Below, piece after piece: positions 19,484-28,883 of a stretch of DNA of 64,000 nucleotides. Every line of letters starts with the position of its first letter. Position 1 is the stretch's first letter. The stretch covers positions 10,910-74,909 of the forward strand of contig JAYKJB010000009.1 of assembly GCA_035285325.1 (NCBI GenBank). Reading direction: 5' to 3'. This stretch comes from Candidatus Sericytochromatia bacterium (GTDB lineage: Bacteria > Cyanobacteriota > Sericytochromatia > S15B-MN24 > JAQBPE01). The position numbers and the translations under genes were made by a program. A model generated the notes under the pieces. It saw nothing but the letters and a program-made list of their open reading frames with translations, ran no database searches and was not told where the DNA came from.

Positions 19484-22400
19484 ATGGTGAACGCATCGAT
19501 GCCGAGACGCCGCTCTCTTTTCCGTCTGACTTCCCTGCTCCTGGCCGGGGCCACCTGGCTGGCCGCGCCGGCCTTGCCGGTGCTGGCGGCCTCGGGCGCC
19601 ACGCCCGCCGCAGAGGGGCGGACACCGGGCTCAGACCTGGCCTGGTGGACCAAGCTCAACCAGTTGCTCGAGCGCCGTGCCTACCCGGCGGCCGAAGCCG
19701 AATTGAGCGTGGCCTTCAATCTGCCGGGACGCGGCGGCGGCGAGGCGGATCGCCTGGCTTACTGGCTCGGCCACGCGCAGCGTCGCAATGGGAGGAATGC
19801 GGAAGCCCTGCAACACCTGGCGCTGGTTCCTGCCGATTCCCGCTGGTTTCTGCCGGCCCTGCTGGAACGGGCCTTCATTCGGCGCGACCTGGGCGAGGAC
19901 GAGACGGCCATCGGTTTGCTGGAGCAAGCGATCGCCATTCTGCCCGAAGACCTCAAGTCACCCGCCCGCGCCGCATTGGCTGACCTGTATTTCACCAGCG
20001 GACAGTATTCCAAGGCGCTGGAACTGTACCGCGTGCTCGCCAACACCTACGGTCCCGCGCAGGAAAGAGGACTGTTTGCCTGGGGCTGGTCGCTGCTGCG
20101 GCTCAAACAGGAGGAGGCGGCCACCAATGTATGGAAGCAGGCACTCGAGCGCTTTCCGACCAGCCGTTACAGCCAGGCCGTCCGACTGGCCCTGGGCAAT
20201 GTCATGCTCACGCGCGGGGAGCACCTCGCGGCCAGCACTTTCTACAATGAGGCTGCCCGCCATGGCGCAGACGACGCCCTCATGGCCCGCGCGGAGTTGC
20301 TGGCCGGCGAAGCCTACGCTGACGCGAAGGAATATGCCCTGGCCCTGAGCCACTATCGGGCGGTCCCTCCCGAAAGCCCGTTGCGGGAACCGGCCAGTTA
20401 TGGAGAGGCCTGGGCCACCTGGCAACAAGGGCGTGGACCGGAGGCGCTGAACATGTTCACCGCCTGGTTGAAACGCTATCCCCGCAGCAACTACCGCGGG
20501 GGGGTGTACTTCGCGTTGGGGGCACTGGCCCGTGACGCGGGCAACCAGGCTGAGGCCAGCAAGCATTTCGAGCAGGTGCAAAAAGTCGCCCCCCGCTCCA
20601 TCTGGGCGGAAGAAGCGCTTTACGAACTGACCCGCCAGGCGTTCGCCGCGCGCACGCACGACGACGTGCTGACGCTTTGCAAGAAAATGGAGCTTCAATT
20701 TCCGCGCAGTCGCTGGCTGGGGCCGGTCTACTGGATGCGCGGAGAGACCTACCTCGTTCAGGGAAATTTCAGCGAGGCCGTGAAGGCCTATTCGCAACTG
20801 GCGGTACTGGGTAACCAGGCTTTTTTGGTGGGTAAGGGCGAGGAGGTCGACTTCAAGATCGGGTTGGCGCAGTTCTATGCCGGGAACTACCAGGAAGCCG
20901 CGCGCGTGCTGGAGGCCGTCGATCAGGGGCCCTTGCTGGCCGATGCCGTCTTCTGGCAGGGGGAAGCCCGCTACCGGCTGGGCCAGTATGATTCCGCCCG
21001 GGCCTTGTACGGAAAACTGGTTCAGCAACATCCCGACTTCAGCCGACTCACGGAGGCTTTTTACGGACTGGGCTGGGCCTCCTACAAGCTGAAGGACCTG
21101 CCGGGCGCGCGCTCCGCATTCAGTGAAGCCGTTCGACGCTTTCCCGAGGGCCGCATGCGACAAGATGCCCTCTATCGACTCGGGCTGGTGCTGGTGGAGA
21201 TGCGCGAGTGGGAAGCCGCGCGCAAGACGTTCGAAACCCTGCTGAAAAGTCCGCTCGAACCAAACCTGGCGGCGGAGACTCGATTTCAGATCGCCTGGAG
21301 CCTGAACCGACAGGACCGTCTGGAGGAGGCGGCCGAGGCATTCGGCGCGTTGCTCAATCTGCCCGCGGCTCAGGACCTGGTCCCCCGCGCCCTGCTGTGG
21401 CGAGGACGCGCCTATTTCCGTTTGAAGCGATTTCCCGAAGCCATCACGGCCCTCAAAGCGGCCACCGAGCATCCGGAAAGTTCCCCCTCCTTGCGAGTGG
21501 AGGCCGGTCAGCAGCTGGCCGCAGCCCACTTCAACATTGGCCAATTCGTCGAATCCCGCAAGGCATACGAAGCGCTGCTCAACTCCGGCTCCCTGCCCCC
21601 TGACCACCAGCAGGAAATCAAGCAGGGCGTCGTGCAGTCCCTGCTGAAGGCCGGAGATTACAAGCAGGCACGCCTCGAGATTTCCCGGAGCGGTGCCGTG
21701 TCGGACAGCGACGTGCCCACCCTGCTGGCCATCGGCCAGGGCTTCGTCGATCAGGCCAATTGGGACGAAGTGCTGGAGACGTATCGCATCGCTGGCAAGG
21801 CCTGCCCCCCCACGCTGCGCCACTGGGCCGGGCGAGCCCTGCTGGAAAAGCGCCAATGGGCCGACGCGGCCGCGGTGCTGCAGCCGTTGCGCGAAACGAC
21901 GGACCAGGAGTTGAAACCGCTCGCGCAGTACGATCTGGCCCGCGCTCAGCGGGGCGCCGGGGACCTGGCCGCCGCCAAAGACAACCTGGTGGCCCTTTCG
22001 GAGGCCTATCCCGGCAAGGACATCGGGGCCCTGGCCCTGCGCGAAGCCGCTGAGGTGGCGCGGGAACAAAAGGACTTCCCAGCCGCCCAAAATCTGTTCC
22101 GGCGCGTGGCCGAAAACCACGGTTTCCCGCTGGAACGACGCAGACAGGCCTGGATGGACTTGGGAGACCTGCACCGCCAGGCCAAGCAATGGGGTCCCGC
22201 GCTGCTGGCCTATCGCGGCGCGCGCGGCTTGAGCTCCCCCAACAGCCTGCCGGCTGCCTTGGGCGGCTACTGGGCGGGTCACGTGCTGGTGGAGATGCGG
22301 CAGTTCAAGGAAGCCGTGCGAGAGCTCTCGGGCCTCAAATTCCCGGACAATGCCGAACCTCTGCCTTCCCTCGCGGCGCTCAAGCTGGGCGAGGCACTCG

Positions 22401-22537
22401 AGCAACTGGGGCGCTGGCGAGAGGCCGTCGAGGTGTACAACCGCCTGTCGAACTTGCCCCCGTCAACCGAGCGCACGGATGCGCGCGCCCGCCTTGACTG
22501 GATCGAAAAAAATATCCCCAAGGAGGCCCGCCAATGA
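19484..22537 (+). CDS. large secreted tetratricopeptide-repeat (TPR) protein
   Basis: 1017 aa. Signal peptide RRRSLFRLTSLLLAGATWLAAPALPVLAAS. The rest is TPR-like helical repeats with recurring Y/F/W/A/L/G patterns. Confidence 0.8.
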   Translation: MVNASMPRRRSLFRLTSLLLAGATWLAAPALPVLAASGATPAAEGRTPGSDLAWWTKLNQLLERRAYPAAEAELSVAFNLPGRGGGEADRLAYWLGHAQRRNGRNAEALQHLALVPADSRWFLPALLERAFIRRDLGEDETAIGLLEQAIAILPEDLKSPARAALADLYFTSGQYSKALELYRVLANTYGPAQERGLFAWGWSLLRLKQEEAATNVWKQALERFPTSRYSQAVRLALGNVMLTRGEHLAASTFYNEAARHGADDALMARAELLAGEAYADAKEYALALSHYRAVPPESPLREPASYGEAWATWQQGRGPEALNMFTAWLKRYPRSNYRGGVYFALGALARDAGNQAEASKHFEQVQKVAPRSIWAEEALYELTRQAFAARTHDDVLTLCKKMELQFPRSRWLGPVYWMRGETYLVQGNFSEAVKAYSQLAVLGNQAFLVGKGEEVDFKIGLAQFYAGNYQEAARVLEAVDQGPLLADAVFWQGEARYRLGQYDSARALYGKLVQQHPDFSRLTEAFYGLGWASYKLKDLPGARSAFSEAVRRFPEGRMRQDALYRLGLVLVEMREWEAARKTFETLLKSPLEPNLAAETRFQIAWSLNRQDRLEEAAEAFGALLNLPAAQDLVPRALLWRGRAYFRLKRFPEAITALKAATEHPESSPSLRVEAGQQLAAAHFNIGQFVESRKAYEALLNSGSLPPDHQQEIKQGVVQSLLKAGDYKQARLEISRSGAVSDSDVPTLLAIGQGFVDQANWDEVLETYRIAGKACPPTLRHWAGRALLEKRQWADAAAVLQPLRETTDQELKPLAQYDLARAQRGAGDLAAAKDNLVALSEAYPGKDIGALALREAAEVAREQKDFPAAQNLFRRVAENHGFPLERRRQAWMDLGDLHRQAKQWGPALLAYRGARGLSSPNSLPAALGGYWAGHVLVEMRQFKEAVRELSGLKFPDNAEPLPSLAALKLGEALEQLGRWREAVEVYNRLSNLPPSTERTDARARLDWIEKNIPKEARQ

Positions 22538-24105
22538 GGCATGCCCGGGTGCGCCTCCTCTCTTGTCTGGCCTGGTTGCCCGGGTTGCTGGTGATGGCCA
22601 CTCCTGCGCTCGCGGAGGCCGAGGGTGGCGACGAAAAGCTGCCGGCCCAGTTGCCCACCGTGACCATTCAGGGCAAGGATCTGTCGCAGCAGGAAGGGGA
22701 TGCCAACCTGCGCATCGCCCCTCAACTGGGGCAGTGGAATTCGCGCGTAACCATTCCGGAAACGCCGCAGCGTCGCGCCACGGCCGAAGACAACCGGACC
22801 TTGATGGTGGGGGTGACCCCTACGACCGTGGAGCCTCCCACCCCCTTGCCGACAGCCCAGATGCCCTACACGAGCGTGATGGGTGGCTGGGGCCCCCTGC
22901 TTCAATACCGGGCCGGCGTGTATGATGCCCGCTGGTGGGGCCCCGCCATGGGGGTCACGGAAATTGAGGGTCGCGCAGGCTGGGGCTGGTCCGGCTGGCA
23001 AGCCCGGGAATGGCTCGATTGGCCGGGTGTCGCGCGCGCGGGCGGCAACGGGGAAGGGTTTTTCTGGCAGGCGGGCGGCAAGGAGGGTCGGCAAAACGCC
23101 TATGGGCTCACGCTCGACCTGGGTCCCAAGCGTCCCTGGGGGGCGTCGCTGCGCTATGAACGAGGCGCGGCCGAGGGGGCGAGCCAGTCGCTCTACACCC
23201 AGCGTGCCGCGGCCGTCGCCAACTGGCGACCCCAGCTGGGGGGCAAGGACCATCGGTCGGAGCTGGACCTCACGCTGCAGCACCGAATCTGGGGCAAACA
23301 AGACGGCGCTGAGGGTTACGTGCGATTCTCGGACGTCTGGACTCTGTCCGATCACCTGGAACTGGAAGGCGCGCTGGGGGGAGGCTACTGGGGACGTGAG
23401 CCGATCCTGGATCCCAGCGTGCTCTTTCACCTGCGCCCCTCGGTCCTGACCCACCTGTTCGTCGGCCTCAAAGCGCGCAGTGAGTTACCCGACTTCGAGG
23501 CACTCTATCTGCGTCGACCAGCCACCGCCGCCAACGATGATCTGCAAGCCGAGCGCGTCCAGGGCTGGGCTCAGCTGGGCGGCAGCCACCGCCTGACCGA
23601 CCAGGTCTGGGCGCACATCAGTGGCGACCTGCGTCAAAGCAAGCGTCTCATTTTCTGGTCCGACAAGGATGGCGACGGCCTCTGGCAGCCGGCCAACAAC
23701 GCCGATGACCAATGGACCCAGGTGCTGGATGGCCGCCTGCAGATCAACTGGCTGCCTGGCTTGCAGCAGAACATCAAGGCCCTGGTGCGCTCGACCCAGC
23801 CGCTCGGATTCAGCGAGCTACGTCTGGCCACCAATGCGGAGGGCAGCCTGCCCGGCCCGGCGGCGCCGATCGCCTATTCCGTCTCGCTGGACCACCGCCA
23901 GGCCCAACTGTCCACCGAGCAAATTCAAGGGGGCGGACTGGCCAATGGTCTGTTCGCCGAGGCGGACCTGCGCTATCCGCTCAGTCAGGACCTGCACCTG
24001 GGACTGCGGATTGCGGATGTGCCATTGATCCTGAACCAGCCGAGCGCCCCGAACTATTTTGCCCCCACTCCCCTGCTCACGGGCCACGTCCAGTACCTGT
24101 TCTGA
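22534..24105 (+). CDS. outer-membrane beta-barrel protein
   Basis: The ATG overlaps the TGA of the upstream TPR gene (ATGA coupling). Signal peptide LLSCLAWLPGLLVMATPALA. The C-terminus ...GHVQYLF ends in an aromatic Phe, as BAM substrates do. Alternating beta-strand-like pattern. Confidence 0.65.
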   Translation: MRHARVRLLSCLAWLPGLLVMATPALAEAEGGDEKLPAQLPTVTIQGKDLSQQEGDANLRIAPQLGQWNSRVTIPETPQRRATAEDNRTLMVGVTPTTVEPPTPLPTAQMPYTSVMGGWGPLLQYRAGVYDARWWGPAMGVTEIEGRAGWGWSGWQAREWLDWPGVARAGGNGEGFFWQAGGKEGRQNAYGLTLDLGPKRPWGASLRYERGAAEGASQSLYTQRAAAVANWRPQLGGKDHRSELDLTLQHRIWGKQDGAEGYVRFSDVWTLSDHLELEGALGGGYWGREPILDPSVLFHLRPSVLTHLFVGLKARSELPDFEALYLRRPATAANDDLQAERVQGWAQLGGSHRLTDQVWAHISGDLRQSKRLIFWSDKDGDGLWQPANNADDQWTQVLDGRLQINWLPGLQQNIKALVRSTQPLGFSELRLATNAEGSLPGPAAPIAYSVSLDHRQAQLSTEQIQGGGLANGLFAEADLRYPLSQDLHLGLRIADVPLILNQPSAPNYFAPTPLLTGHVQYLF

Positions 24106-24125
24106 CCCCCTTGGCGAGTCTGCCC

Positions 24126-25064
24126 ATGTACCCACCCCCTCCCTCCCCGCGCCCATCGCCACTCGCTGCTCCCCCAGCGGGCAGGCGGCGTGCCGGTCGG
24201 AAGGCGGCCCCTCGCTGGCTGAACCGGGAGGTGCCGCCCCCCCCACTGGGCCTCACCCCGCGGCGAACGACCGCCTGGGGAGCTTCGCTGAGCCTGCACG
24301 CGTTGCTGGCAGCCCTGCTGGCCCTGGGCACCTTCGCTCCCCCCGCCGCGCAGAAGGAACCCGAGACCAGCCGGGTGATCGAGGTGGAGTTCATCGAAGC
24401 GCCGGTGGTGGTGACCCAACGCCAGGCCGCGGCACCGCAGCGCGCCGCGCCTCAACCGGACCCGGTGCAGGCCCAGGCGCCTCCCAGGCCAGCGCCCAAA
24501 CCGGCCCCTGCGACCGCCGCAGCCCCCAGGCGCGCGCCGAAACCGCTGAGCAAGCCCGTGGTCTCGCGCCCGGTGCGGGTGACTCATCAGGCGCCGGAGT
24601 TGCCGGTGAACCAGACCCCCTCCCCGGAGGAATTGATTCGCCTGGCCGCGGCGGCACGCGCCAAGCGCTCGGAGAGCGATGCGGCCACCCGCCTGGCCAA
24701 TCTGCGCGAGGAGGGTACCCCTCAGGCGGTGGCCAATGGTCAACCGGATGCGCGTCAAGGCACGGCAAGCGTCCGCCAGGCGAGGCCACAGGGCGAACTG
24801 TCGGGGCGGGGGGTGCTGAGTGCCCCCTCTCCGCAGTACCCGGAGGTGGCGCAACGGAATATCTGGGAAGGCACGGCCCAGATCCGCGTCTACGTGAATC
24901 CCGACGGCAGCGTCCGCGACGCGGAGGTCGTCGGGTCTTCGGGCTTTGCCGTGCTCGATGCGGCCGCCCGTCGCGCGGCGACCGGCTACCAGTTCACGCC
25001 CCTGGCGGGTGGGGAATCCCAGATCGAGAGCGGCGTGATCCCGTTCAGCTTCGTGATCCGCTGA
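24126..25064 (+). CDS. TonB-family C-terminal domain protein, proline-rich
   Basis: TM helix LHALLAALLALGTF, then a Pro/Ala-rich spacer. C-terminal TonB-like domain: PQYPEVAQRNIWEGTAQIRVYVNPDGSVRDAEVVGSSGFAVLDAAARRAATGYQFTP. Confidence 0.75.
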   Translation: MYPPPPSPRPSPLAAPPAGRRRAGRKAAPRWLNREVPPPPLGLTPRRTTAWGASLSLHALLAALLALGTFAPPAAQKEPETSRVIEVEFIEAPVVVTQRQAAAPQRAAPQPDPVQAQAPPRPAPKPAPATAAAPRRAPKPLSKPVVSRPVRVTHQAPELPVNQTPSPEELIRLAAAARAKRSESDAATRLANLREEGTPQAVANGQPDARQGTASVRQARPQGELSGRGVLSAPSPQYPEVAQRNIWEGTAQIRVYVNPDGSVRDAEVVGSSGFAVLDAAARRAATGYQFTPLAGGESQIESGVIPFSFVIR

Positions 25065-25118
25065 CGAACGCCTCCAGGGCCGGGCCCGTGGCCAGGAGCC
25101 CCCAAGGCCAAAGGCGCG

Positions 25119-25313
25119 CTATTCGGGTTCTTCCTCGGGCTCGGCTTTTTTCGGCTGGATGCCCAGCGTCTTCTGGGCTTCCGCCACAAACTGGTCAAAC
25201 CCCTTCGGGTCGGCCGTTCTCACAATGTGAACCGTCAGGGCGCACACCCCGATTCCAACCAGAATCGTCAGGAAAGCGGCAAACCAGGAGGGGCCTTCTT
25301 CTTCGTCCGCCAT
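25119..25313 (-). CDS. small membrane protein (64 aa), hypothetical
   Basis: Acidic N-terminus, one TM helix (WFAAFLTILVGIGVCALTVHIV) and a charged tail. It lies downstream of phnE on the same strand. Confidence 0.4.
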   Translation of the reverse strand: MADEEEGPSWFAAFLTILVGIGVCALTVHIVRTADPKGFDQFVAEAQKTLGIQPKKAEPEEEPE

Positions 25314-25383
25314 CGTTATCCCTCACCCGAGCGCGTCCGGGCGCTCGCCGCCAGGGGCCGTTCCATCCGCAGGCCGCCTGGGC

Positions 25384-26325
25384 TCACGTCACCAGCTTGC
25401 GCAACTGGGCGCTCATGTAATCCACCGCCATCACCAGGACGATCAGGACCAGCACCGTCATGGAGGCCTGCTGGTACTGGAACATGCGGAAGTCGCTCAC
25501 CATCAGGAAGCCGATGCCGCCCGCGCCGATCATGCCCAGCACCGCCGCAGCCCGGATGTTGGTCTCGAAACGGTAGAGCACGAAGGAGATGAAGGCCGGC
25601 ATGACCTGAGGCACCACCGCAAAACTCAAGACCTGACCATAGCGAGCCCCAGTGGCTCGCAACGCCTCCACGACCCCCTCGTCGATTCCCTCAATGGCCT
25701 CGGCGAACAGCTTGATCAGAACCGTGGCGGTGTGGAAGGCCAGGGCCAGGGTTCCTGCAAACGGTCCCAGGCCGATCGCCGCGACCAGCACAAGGGCCAC
25801 GGCGAAGTCCGGGATCGTGCGCAGGAAGTTGGTCACCAGTTTGATGGCGTGATACACCGTCGGGTGCGGGGTGGTGTTGCGCGCCCCCAGAAACGCCAGC
25901 GGAAAAGCCAGGATCAGGGCCAGGACCGTTCCGGCCAGGGCCATCTGGATCGTTTGCAGGGTCGCGCCCACGATCGTTTGAGGGAAAGTGTTCTGCCACC
26001 AGTAGGCCTTCAGCGAGGCCTTGCCCGACTCCAGCGGCAAGGGAGTCAGAAGTTCCAGCGTGGACAGTTCCACAGGCTTGTCGTACACCGCGGGGTCGGT
26101 CACCCGTGAGAAGTCCGGTGGCACCATCCGACCGAGCGTATCCACCATTTGCGGCGTGCCCCGGGCGAGTTCGGCCAGATTCAGCTGAACGCCGGCAAAC
26201 GACCACCAGAGGAGCCACAAGGCGAGCAGCCAGAGCGCGACTCGCCGCAGGGGCAACCAGGACGACGCCGTCACCGGCGCCACGGTTGCCTCGGTCGCCG
26301 GCGGGGGCGAGGTCAGATCAAGCAT
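25384..26325 (-). CDS. phnE: phosphonate ABC transporter permease
   Basis: ABC TMD with the PhnE-type motif EAIEGIDEGVVEALRATGA. It overlaps phnC by 8 nt. Confidence 0.85.
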   Translation of the reverse strand: MLDLTSPPPATEATVAPVTASSWLPLRRVALWLLALWLLWWSFAGVQLNLAELARGTPQMVDTLGRMVPPDFSRVTDPAVYDKPVELSTLELLTPLPLESGKASLKAYWWQNTFPQTIVGATLQTIQMALAGTVLALILAFPLAFLGARNTTPHPTVYHAIKLVTNFLRTIPDFAVALVLVAAIGLGPFAGTLALAFHTATVLIKLFAEAIEGIDEGVVEALRATGARYGQVLSFAVVPQVMPAFISFVLYRFETNIRAAAVLGMIGAGGIGFLMVSDFRMFQYQQASMTVLVLIVLVMAVDYMSAQLRKLVT

Positions 26326-27166
26326 CAGAAGCCTCGCTTTCCAGCAGCGACGGTCCGCCCGCGCGGCTGTAGATGCGCTCGACGGCTTCGTCCGTGAGCG
26401 CGTCAGGGGGACCGTCGAACACCACTCGCCCCCCCTGGAAGCCGACGATTCGATCGGCGTAGCGCCGGGCCAGTTCCAGCACGTGCAAGCTGACCAGCAC
26501 CGTGATCTGGTCCTCCTGGGCCACCCGACGCAGGGTATCCAGCACCACCACCGACAGCTTGGGATCGAGTGAGGCGACGGGCTCGTCCGCCAGGATCAAC
26601 GCCGGGCGTTGCATCAGGGCCCGGGCGATCGCCACCCGCTGCTGTTGCCCCCCCGAGAGCCGGTCAGCCCGTTGATGAGCCTGTTCCAGCAACCCCACCC
26701 GCGCCAGATTGACCAGCGCACGCTCCCGTTCCACCGCCGGAAAGAAACGCATCACGCTGGGCAGCAAAGCCATGTAGCCGAGGCTGCCGGAGAGCACATT
26801 TTGCAGCACCGTCAGGCGCTTCACCAGGTTGAACTGCTGAAAGATCATGCCCACTCGTCGACGCCAGTGGCGAAGTTCGCCCGCCGACATCAAGGCCACA
26901 TCCGCGCGAGCCGCTCCGGAATTGCCGACCAGTTCGCCCGGCACCTGAATGCGGCCCGCCGTGGGGGCGACCAGGCGATTCAAGCAGCGCAAAAAGGTGG
27001 ACTTACCGGCCCCGGACAGGCCAAGGATGACGACGAACTCACCGGGCCGAAATTGCAGGTTGATGTCCGACAGAATGGCCGGCCCCGCCCCGTAGGCTTT
27101 GTGCAGTCCCTCGATCTCCAGCAAGGACGGGGCCGCAACAGGCATGACGACCGGGGTGACAGACAC
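26318..27166 (-). CDS. phnC: phosphonate ABC transporter ATP-binding protein
   Basis: Walker [10 protein letters not shown], signature [15 protein letters not shown], and the PhnC-like N-terminus IEGLHKAYG. Confidence 0.9.
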   Translation of the reverse strand: MSVTPVVMPVAAPSLLEIEGLHKAYGAGPAILSDINLQFRPGEFVVILGLSGAGKSTFLRCLNRLVAPTAGRIQVPGELVGNSGAARADVALMSAGELRHWRRRVGMIFQQFNLVKRLTVLQNVLSGSLGYMALLPSVMRFFPAVERERALVNLARVGLLEQAHQRADRLSGGQQQRVAIARALMQRPALILADEPVASLDPKLSVVVLDTLRRVAQEDQITVLVSLHVLELARRYADRIVGFQGGRVVFDGPPDALTDEAVERIYSRAGGPSLLESEASDA

Positions 27167-27184
27167 GATGGGGGGCTCCGAGGG

Positions 27185-28105
27185 CTACTTGATCGGCAAT
27201 CCCACCTTGCTGAAGGCTTCGCGAACGGGTTCGAAGTCCTCAGGGGTGGAGTCGACGAAGGCATCGATACGATAGAGGTCCCACAATTGCTTGCGACCTT
27301 GTGGCGTGGCACTCATGCCGGTGAACACCTTGCGCACCTGCTGAATCAAGGGGGCTTCCATCTCCCGATGCACGGCAATCAGGTCACTGGGAATGGGCTT
27401 GCTGAAGGCGATCGCCTGGATCGCAGCGGCCTCTCCCGGCTTGGTGAGGAACTGAGTCCAGGCGGAGTCTTCCCCGCGGGTGTCGTTGGAGAAGGTGGCC
27501 GCGGCATCCACTTTCTTGTTCAGAACCGCCAGCACTGCGGCATCGTGCCCACCGGCGTAAATCACGCGCGTGAAATCCCGGTCGGGATTGAGGCCTGCAT
27601 TCAAGAACATCACCTTGGGATACACGCCGCCACTGGTGGAGGCAGGGTCGACAAACGCGAAGGTCTTGCCTTTCAGATCGGTGAGCCGCTTGATGCCACT
27701 GTCCCGATGGGTGATCACCGAGGAATAAAAGAACGACTTGCCTTTTCGCTGGGCCTTCAGAATGACCAGGGCGTTGGCCTTTTTCTCAGCCAGCACGTAG
27801 GCACCGGGCGCAAAGAAAGCCACATCAAGCTTGTTCGCCCGCATGGCCTCGATGATGCCGGTGTAATCCGTCGCGACGAAGGGCACCACCTGGAGCTTCA
27901 GCTCACGGTGCAGCGCATCGATGACGGGACGCGTCTTTTTCAAGATGTTCTGCAGATTCTCGGAGGGCACAAAGCCCACCCGCAGCACCTTCGGGGTGTA
28001 CGCCTGCGCAGGCCCGGCCCAGGCCAACACGGCGACCAAAGCCGCGCCCAGTGCCTGGGAGAGCGGGAGGGCAAGCTTGCGGGCACCCTTGTTCATGTCA
28101 GCCAT
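27185..28105 (-). CDS. phnD: phosphonate ABC transporter substrate-binding protein
   Basis: Signal peptide, then PhnD-family blocks LRVGFVPSEN, FAFVDPASTSGGVYP and AIQAIAFSKPIP. It is first in the phnDCE operon. Confidence 0.85.
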   Translation of the reverse strand: MADMNKGARKLALPLSQALGAALVAVLAWAGPAQAYTPKVLRVGFVPSENLQNILKKTRPVIDALHRELKLQVVPFVATDYTGIIEAMRANKLDVAFFAPGAYVLAEKKANALVILKAQRKGKSFFYSSVITHRDSGIKRLTDLKGKTFAFVDPASTSGGVYPKVMFLNAGLNPDRDFTRVIYAGGHDAAVLAVLNKKVDAAATFSNDTRGEDSAWTQFLTKPGEAAAIQAIAFSKPIPSDLIAVHREMEAPLIQQVRKVFTGMSATPQGRKQLWDLYRIDAFVDSTPEDFEPVREAFSKVGLPIK

Positions 28106-28210
28106 TTCGTCTCGTGAATCGCCCGACGCGCCTGGCCGGGCATTGCCCTCGGATTATACCCCGAAGCAAGGGGTTGGGGGCAGGCTTCACAAGAGGCGGG
28201 ACGGGCCCGC

Positions 28211-28660
28211 TCAGACTTCGGAGGACAGGTCGTACGCGAGGTGTTCCGCCACTGCCCGCACCAGGGAGGCGCTGCGCCCATCACGACCGGCGTATTTCAA
28301 GGCACGACGCAGGGCCCCACCCGCCGCCTCGAAGTGATCTTCGGTGTGACAGGCCAGTGCCACTTTGATCAGGGTCATCGGTTCGATCGCACTCGCCACG
28401 GCCCGACGAAAGGCCAGCAAAGCCTGCTCGGCATTTCCCTGCAAGACGTGAAAGGTGGCCTTTTCCAGGTGGCGGCAGGTTAACGTCGGCATCGGCATCC
28501 GCACCACGTAGGCAGGCAACTGATACTCCGCACGGCGGTAAAAGAGTGGAAGCAAGTCGCCCTCCACCCCGTCGAACTGAAAGCTCGTGACGCGGGAAGA
28601 GACCACCACGCTGACGGGTGCGGCTTCAACGAGCGGAGACTTCAAGCGTTTGGTGGGCAT
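28211..28660 (-). CDS. hypothetical protein
   Basis: The track ORF begins with TTG at 28720. The internal ATG 28660 (MPTKRLKSPL...) has a GAGG RBS. No recognised domain. Confidence 0.4.
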   Translation of the reverse strand: MPTKRLKSPLVEAAPVSVVVSSRVTSFQFDGVEGDLLPLFYRRAEYQLPAYVVRMPMPTLTCRHLEKATFHVLQGNAEQALLAFRRAVASAIEPMTLIKVALACHTEDHFEAAGGALRRALKYAGRDGRSASLVRAVAEHLAYDLSSEV

Positions 28661-28803
28661 GAGCGATGCTACCTCGGAATCGCGTTGGGGGCGTTCAGCG
28701 GGCCGCTGTCCAGGTTTCAATTTCCCGAACGGCCGTGGGCCACACGCACTTTATACCTTGGCGTGTCGTCGCGCCCGACGACGTTGATGCGGATTTGCCG
28801 AAC

Positions 28804-28822
28804 TATTAATCAGCCATTAATA
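28804..28822. promoter_or_regulatory. perfect inverted repeat TATTAAT-CAGCC-ATTAATA in a divergent intergenic region
   Basis: 7-bp perfect IR with a 5-bp spacer. It is AT-rich in a GC-rich background and lies between the divergent hypothetical gene and the CCA-type nucleotidyltransferase gene. Confidence 0.35.
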
Positions 28823-28883
28823 TGACCCGACACGTCGCCGGCCGGGCTGCTGCGCCCGCGAGAATGCGTGTCCTGAGGTTTCC

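Noticed and set aside
19958-22405. 815-aa minus-strand ORF antisense to the TPR gene. Similar long antisense ORFs occur at 42236..43936, 5008..6123, 11744..13330, 13751..14959, 16504..17655, 17899..19089, 30118..31476, 31428..32813, 33799..35031, 49753..51195, 55879..57894, 60869..63052 and others.
   Set aside because: Their translations are low-complexity (Gly/Arg/Pro/Ala/Gln-rich) with no motifs. Each overlaps a well-supported gene on the other strand. This is the expected stop-codon-poor antisense frame of a very GC-rich genome.
22534-24105. Possibility that the beta-barrel protein is a TonB-dependent receptor (it sits next to a TonB-C protein and begins ...LPTVTIQGK...).
   Set aside because: At 523 aa it is too short for a plug plus 22-strand barrel, and no TonB-box/plug motifs are evident. 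It is kept as a generic outer-membrane barrel.
28211-28660. PilZ (c-di-GMP-binding) domain in the hypothetical protein (RRAEYQ and DGVEGD patches).
   Set aside because: The order of the RxxxR-like and DxSxxG-like patches is reversed relative to PilZ. No confident match.
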